The notes below the pieces were generated by a model. That model worked only from the letters and a program-made list of their open reading frames with translations. It was not told where the DNA came from and did not search any database. Shown here in pieces: positions 7,974 through 11,634 of a stretch of 11,634 nucleotides of DNA. The stretch is from positions 1 through 11,634 of the forward strand of contig CAXTKV010000172.1 of assembly GCA_964244895.1 (NCBI GenBank). The letters are read 5' to 3'. Position 1 is the first letter of the stretch. The number at the start of each line of letters is the position of its first letter. This stretch comes from an uncultured Deinococcales bacterium (lineage in GTDB: Bacteria > Deinococcota > Deinococci > Deinococcales > JAAFIG01). The translations under genes and the position numbers were made by a program.

Positions 7974-8396
7974 ATGAACGCCACCAACGTCAGCACGCTC
8001 GAGAAGATCAGCCAATCCAATCTGAAATTGGCCGACCAGAAACAGGACATTCGCGGCATGGACGTGTTGGACAACACCGGTCAGAAAATCGGTCGGGTTG
8101 ACGACCTGATGATCGACTCCGACGAACAGAAAATCCGTTTCATGCAACTCGGCTCCGGCGGTTTCCTGGGGATCGGGCGCGAACACTTCCTGATGCCGGT
8201 CGAGGCGATCGATTACATCGATCATGACGCGGTTCACGTCACGCAATCCGGCGCGCACGTCGGCAGCAGCCCGGATTACGACCCGGATCTGGTACTCAAT
8301 CACGAGTACTACGGCGAGTTGTACGGCTATTACGGTTACCCACCCTACTGGGATCCGAACTACAAGTACCCGCCGTTCCCGCCGTACCGAGACTGA
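7974..8396 (+). CDS. PRC-barrel domain protein
   Basis: DIRGMDVLDNTGQKIGRVDDLMID...GGFLGIG...MPVEAI, followed by a Tyr/Pro-rich tail (YGYYGYPPYW). RBS AAGGAGG. Confidence 0.9.
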   Translation: MNATNVSTLEKISQSNLKLADQKQDIRGMDVLDNTGQKIGRVDDLMIDSDEQKIRFMQLGSGGFLGIGREHFLMPVEAIDYIDHDAVHVTQSGAHVGSSPDYDPDLVLNHEYYGELYGYYGYPPYWDPNYKYPPFPPYRD

Positions 8397-8447
8397 GTTG
8401 TTGCCGAAGTCCTGCTCGATCACGAATCACCGAGCTCAACCAGCCGA

Positions 8448-8482
8448 TCACGAGGCTCGAGAACCTTTCTCGAGCCTCGTGA
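8448..8482. terminator. Perfect 16-bp hairpin between the convergent PRC-barrel gene and tRNA-Ser
   Basis: TCACGAGGCTCGAGAA-CCT-TTCTCGAGCCTCGTGA. There is no U-tract on either side, so terminator function is inferred from position only. Confidence 0.55.
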
Positions 8483-8499
8483 CGCGCTTCGGTGCTGTC

Positions 8500-8589
8500 T
8501 GGCGGAGAGAAGGGGATTCGAACCCCTGATAGACTTGCGCCTATACACGCTTTCCAGGCGTGCTCCTTCAACCACTCGGACACCTCTCC
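8500..8589 (-). tRNA. tRNA-Ser(GGA)
   Basis: GGAGAGGTGTCCGAGTGGTTGAAGGAGCACGCCT-GGA-AAGCGTGT, long variable arm, GGTTCGAATCC T-arm and encoded GCCA end. Confidence 0.98.
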
Positions 8590-8637
8590 AGATGTCCCCA
8601 CCGAGCGACCGCGAATGGCCTTCGGCAAAGCTAGGGA

Positions 8638-8666
8638 AGTTTAGCAGGGGTTCACAATCGCGTCAA
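8638..8666 (-). promoter_or_regulatory. Sigma70-type promoter of tRNA-Ser
   Basis: TTGACG (8666-8661), 17-bp spacer, TAAACT (8643-8638). Confidence 0.8.
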
Positions 8667-8704
8667 CGCGCGGTTTTTCGGCCAGACCACGCTTTCAGGG
8701 CGTG

Positions 8705-8710
8705 TAGAAT
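8705..8710 (+). promoter_or_regulatory. -10 box TAGAAT of leaderless proC
   Basis: Lies 6 nt before the GTG start. No Shine-Dalgarno sequence. Confidence 0.7.
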
Positions 8711-8716
8711 CCGGTC

Positions 8717-9517
8717 GTGAAGCTCGCCATCGTCGGTGTCGGAAAGATGGGCGCGGCCTTTTTGGAGGGCGTACTCAACGCAAAATTGATCCCGCCAGAG
8801 GACATCGGCGTGATCGGTGGCAGTTCGCGCCGCGCGGCGGAAGTCGCGGCGCAGTACGGCGTCCGGTACGTCCCGCAGCAGGATGTCCGCAAGGCCGAAC
8901 GCGTGCTGATCTGCGTGCAACCCAAGACCTTCCCGAGCATCGCCGAATGGGTCGCGCACCCGAACGCTGGCTACATCTCGATCATGGCGGGCGTCAACCT
9001 GAATACCCTGGCGCGGCGCCTGGGCTCGAGACGAATCGTGCGCGCCATGCCGAACCTGGCGGCCACGATCCACAAAAGCGCGACCGCCGTGGTCGGGCTG
9101 CCCGAAGCCACCGACGGCGGCGATCTCGAGTTCGCAGAGGAACTCTTCCGGGCCGTCGGGGATGTCTATCAGATCCCGGAACCCTTGTTTAACACCTTCA
9201 CCGGCATGGTCGGTTCCGGCCCCGCCTACGCCGCGATCTTCGCGGAGGCCCTGGCGGACGGTGGCGTGCGCATGGGATTGGATCGCAAACTGGCGATCGA
9301 ACTGGCCGGAAAATTGCTGATCTCCACGGGTGAATTGCTGTTGCGCCGCGTTCACCCGAGCATCCTCAAAGATGAAGTCGCCAGTCCCGGCGGCACGACG
9401 GTCGCTGGCATCGCGGAAATAGAGCGGTACACCTTTCGGGCCGCGCTGATCGAGGCGGTCAAGGCCGCCACCTTGCGCGGCGCGGAACTCGGCGCGGACA
9501 AACCGGAGGACAAGTGA
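8717..9517 (+). CDS. proC: Pyrroline-5-carboxylate reductase
   Basis: Motifs IVGVGKMG (Rossmann), SIMAGV, RAMPN, GSGPAY and VASPGGTT. Confidence 0.97.
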   Translation: MKLAIVGVGKMGAAFLEGVLNAKLIPPEDIGVIGGSSRRAAEVAAQYGVRYVPQQDVRKAERVLICVQPKTFPSIAEWVAHPNAGYISIMAGVNLNTLARRLGSRRIVRAMPNLAATIHKSATAVVGLPEATDGGDLEFAEELFRAVGDVYQIPEPLFNTFTGMVGSGPAYAAIFAEALADGGVRMGLDRKLAIELAGKLLISTGELLLRRVHPSILKDEVASPGGTTVAGIAEIERYTFRAALIEAVKAATLRGAELGADKPEDK

Positions 9518-10074
9518 AACAGTTATTTGGTATCGCACTCGTGCTGATCGCGCTGGCTGGGCTCTCGGCCTCCGCCCAGGGCGATTACTACGGCCTGAAG
9601 ATGGGCAGCGTCTGGACGTACTCCAACGGTGAAACCCAAACCCTGAGCAAGGAACGCACCATCAAAGGCCAGACCTACCTGGTCATGACGCGCTCCAACG
9701 CGGGCAAGGTCACGTCCGAGGATTACTTGCTGGTCAACGCGCAGGGCATGCAACTGGCGGGCTCCCGGTACTCCGGCAAGGATTACATGTACACGCCGCC
9801 CCTCGTGATCTACCCGGTCGGCCCGATGACGGTCGGGATGCGCTGGTCGTCGAGCGCCACCAGCCCGTTGGGGTCATACGCTTTCGCCTCGAGCATTCAG
9901 CGCTCCGAGGGCGTGGCGACCCCGGCTGGGCGGTTCAACGCGCTGGTGGTTCGGACTTCCGTGACCACCTCGAGCGGCGCTTCGACCGTTCAGGACGCGT
10001 ACTTTGCGCCCGGTGCGGGCGTGGTGCGCTTCGTCACGCAGGACGGCGCTGCGGTCGATCTGATCAGCCGCTAA
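9514..10074 (+). CDS. Secreted beta-rich hypothetical protein (DUF3108-like TPAGxF motif)
   Basis: Signal peptide ending ASA. Motifs [21 protein letters not shown] and [18 protein letters not shown] and GTGA overlap with the proC stop. Confidence 0.8.
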   Translation: MKQLFGIALVLIALAGLSASAQGDYYGLKMGSVWTYSNGETQTLSKERTIKGQTYLVMTRSNAGKVTSEDYLLVNAQGMQLAGSRYSGKDYMYTPPLVIYPVGPMTVGMRWSSSATSPLGSYAFASSIQRSEGVATPAGRFNALVVRTSVTTSSGASTVQDAYFAPGAGVVRFVTQDGAAVDLISR

Positions 10075-10123
10075 GAACACCGTCTGGCACGTGTACTCGA
10101 CCATGCGTCCGGGACGGTGTTCT
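10074..10123. repeat. Intergenic inverted-repeat family, copy E
   Basis: Perfect 11-bp arms AGAACACCGTC/GACGGTGTTCT. The right end overlaps CTCGAG (10122), as in copy A. Confidence 0.75.
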
Positions 10124-10179
10124 CGAGCCGAGGTGGTCAAAGCGACCTCAGCCGTGAATCTCGGGCTTGAACGTCAAAA

Positions 10180-10225
10180 AAGACCGTCCTGGACGCAAAT
10201 ATCGAATCACGTCCTGGACGGTCTT
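10180..10225. repeat. Intergenic inverted-repeat family, copy F (likely terminator of the minus-strand lipoprotein gene)
   Basis: AAGACCGTCCTGGACG-N14-CGTCCTGGACGGTCTT. A6 at 10176-10181 gives a U-tract on the minus strand. CTCGAG at 10227. Confidence 0.75.
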
Positions 10226-10242
10226 CCTCGAGAATGCCAGCA

Positions 10243-10968
10243 TCACCTCGGGCTGAACACCAGGTTGTACGAGGGCAAGAAACCGCTGTAACTGCCATCC
10301 GAGCGCAGATTGCTGGTCGGCGCTTGGAGCCGCGAGGACAGCGCCGGAAAATACGCGTAGGTCGGCAAATCCACCTGCGGCCCACCGTTTTGCGTCCACG
10401 ATCCCGGAATCGGCACATTCGGCGCGAGCACTTCCAGACCCACCAGGTCGACGGCGGCCAGGGTCGTGGAATCGCTGGGCGTGCGGTCATGAACCATCGG
10501 GAAGTTCAAGGGCACGTTGGTGACGGCGTTCGCAGTCGGCGTGAAGACCGTTCCGTACTGCTCCGCCGAGCAGCACGCGCGGTCGTAGCCGCTGAAACCG
10601 TTGGTAAACAGAATCCGCATCCGCACGAAACGCATCGGGCCAGTGATGTTGCCCACCCGGATGTTGGCCGACACGACCGTCCCCGGCACGCTCGGTTGCG
10701 CCCCGTCGAAGAAGGTCATCACCAGGCACGATTGCGCGCCCTGAAGGTAAAACGGTTGCGGGAAGCTGGCGTTGACCTGAATCGGGAAGCCATCCTGGCA
10801 GGTCACACCGCTGTTCGGAGGGATGTTCAGGTTGGAACCGACTTGCGTGGGCGCTCCTCCGATGCCGTTGCAGGACGTGAAGAGCGCGGTGAAGGCAACC
10901 AGAAGCCAACCCGCGTAGCGCGGCGAGATTCGGCCTAGACGGTGCGCGATGGTCGCAGTTTCAGTCAT
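10243..10968 (-). CDS. Putative lipoprotein of unknown function
   Basis: RBS GAGGAG. Basic N-region, hydrophobic stretch and lipobox-like LFTS-C33. Four further Cys including ACC. Beta/Pro-rich. Confidence 0.8.
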   Translation of the reverse strand: MTETATIAHRLGRISPRYAGWLLVAFTALFTSCNGIGGAPTQVGSNLNIPPNSGVTCQDGFPIQVNASFPQPFYLQGAQSCLVMTFFDGAQPSVPGTVVSANIRVGNITGPMRFVRMRILFTNGFSGYDRACCSAEQYGTVFTPTANAVTNVPLNFPMVHDRTPSDSTTLAAVDLVGLEVLAPNVPIPGSWTQNGGPQVDLPTYAYFPALSSRLQAPTSNLRSDGSYSGFLPSYNLVFSPR

Positions 10969-11326
10969 GGTTTCGCTCCTCGGGGAACCGGGTTTCGGGT
11001 GCGGCTCTCCCCTGTTCGATCCGGACGCAGTCTCGAGCAGAGGGTCTTAAGCCAGACTTAGGCGAATGGAGCATTTCTCGAGTGTCGCGCTCTGGACTGT
11101 CTACCAATCCGACCTGAATGGCCCACACCGTACAGGGCGATAAGTAAAGGACACCGTTCTGGACGTTGTTCCTGTATCGCGATGAATTCAAGGCTCGAGA
11201 TCCGGATTGTGCGTGCTCTCATCTCGAGTATCAAGTCTGAACACTATTGGCACAGGTCAACACTCCGAAGCTTCAGCTGTTTACGCAGACTGCTTCAGTC
11301 AAAAAATGTGGAGTTAGGATAGGGCT

Positions 11327-11557
11327 ATGTCTTTCAAGGTTGGCGATAGAGTGTTTATACACGGTGATTCACAAATCAAGAATGCCCCGATAGGAACGGT
11401 TACAGGGAAGGCTTTTGACGGATCGAGTTACTATGTCAAACCTGACGGCAAATCAGGGTCGAGCCGCATTGATGTGAAATATCTGCAAATTGAGCCGATT
11501 ACTGCTCTTCGTGAAGAAGCAACAAAACAAGATGAACAGTGTTCGAGTGACCTGTGA
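11327..11557 (+). CDS. Small hypothetical protein, SH3/KOW-like beta-barrel
   Basis: FKVGDRV...GTV...YYVK pattern. TAGGAT lies 6 nt before the ATG (leaderless layout). About 45% GC by hand count. Followed by a terminator. Confidence 0.6.
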   Translation: MSFKVGDRVFIHGDSQIKNAPIGTVTGKAFDGSSYYVKPDGKSGSSRIDVKYLQIEPITALREEATKQDEQCSSDL

Positions 11558-11574
11558 GACTATTTCTCGAGACG

Positions 11575-11601
11575 AAAAACCCCGCGTAGAGGCGGGGTTT
11601 T
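11575..11601. terminator. Bidirectional intrinsic terminator
   Basis: AAAAACCCCGC-GTAGAG-GCGGGGTTTT between the small ORF and the tRNA 3' end. Confidence 0.85.
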
Positions 11602-11602
11602 C

Positions 11603-11634
11603 TGGTGCGCCCGACTGGAATCGAACCAGTGGCC
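11603..11634 (-). tRNA. tRNA 3' portion (truncated by window edge), possibly tRNA-Arg
   Basis: The minus strand reads GGCC-ACTGG-TTCGATT-CCAGT-CGGGCGC-ACCA: T-arm, acceptor 3' strand and CCA. The anticodon is outside the window. Arg is a guess from the GCGCCCG-type acceptor stem. Confidence 0.85.

Noticed and set aside
8397..8520. tRNA-Ser as the attachment site of a genomic island covering the two-component region
   Set aside because: No duplicated tRNA 3' fragment, no integrase and no composition shift are visible in the window.
2332..10225. Inverted-repeat family as integron attC sites or a CRISPR array
   Set aside because: There are no RYYYAAC/GTTRRRY cores, flanking genes include housekeeping genes in both orientations, spacing is irregular, and no intI or cas gene is present.

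Overview
GC-rich bacterial chromosomal window, probably Deinococcota. That assignment is an inference from the Thermus/Deinococcus-like SucC/SucD and ProC and from TANNNT boxes 6 nt before start codons. Gene order: HD-GYP-like/LuxR regulator (+), secreted Cys/His-motif protein (+), sucD-sucC (-), secreted monoheme c-type cytochrome with a DxDGDG motif (+), HisKA_3 sensor kinase and NarL-family response regulator (+), PRC-barrel protein (+), tRNA-Ser(GGA) (-), proC and a coupled secreted protein (+), a Cys-containing lipoprotein (-), a small low-GC SH3/KOW-like ORF (+), and the 3' end of a second tRNA (-). Two signals are not explained by the genes. First, the palindrome CTCGAG occurs about 44 times by hand count, against about 4 expected from composition. 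Second, a family of 46-60 bp intergenic inverted-repeat elements with conserved ACCGTCC-N3-ACG arms and variable centres occupies five of the spacers (six copies), often beside CTCGAG. Two small regulator-operator-target modules can also be proposed. No transposase, integrase, CRISPR array or methyltransferase gene is visible. All family assignments come from motif recognition, not database searches.
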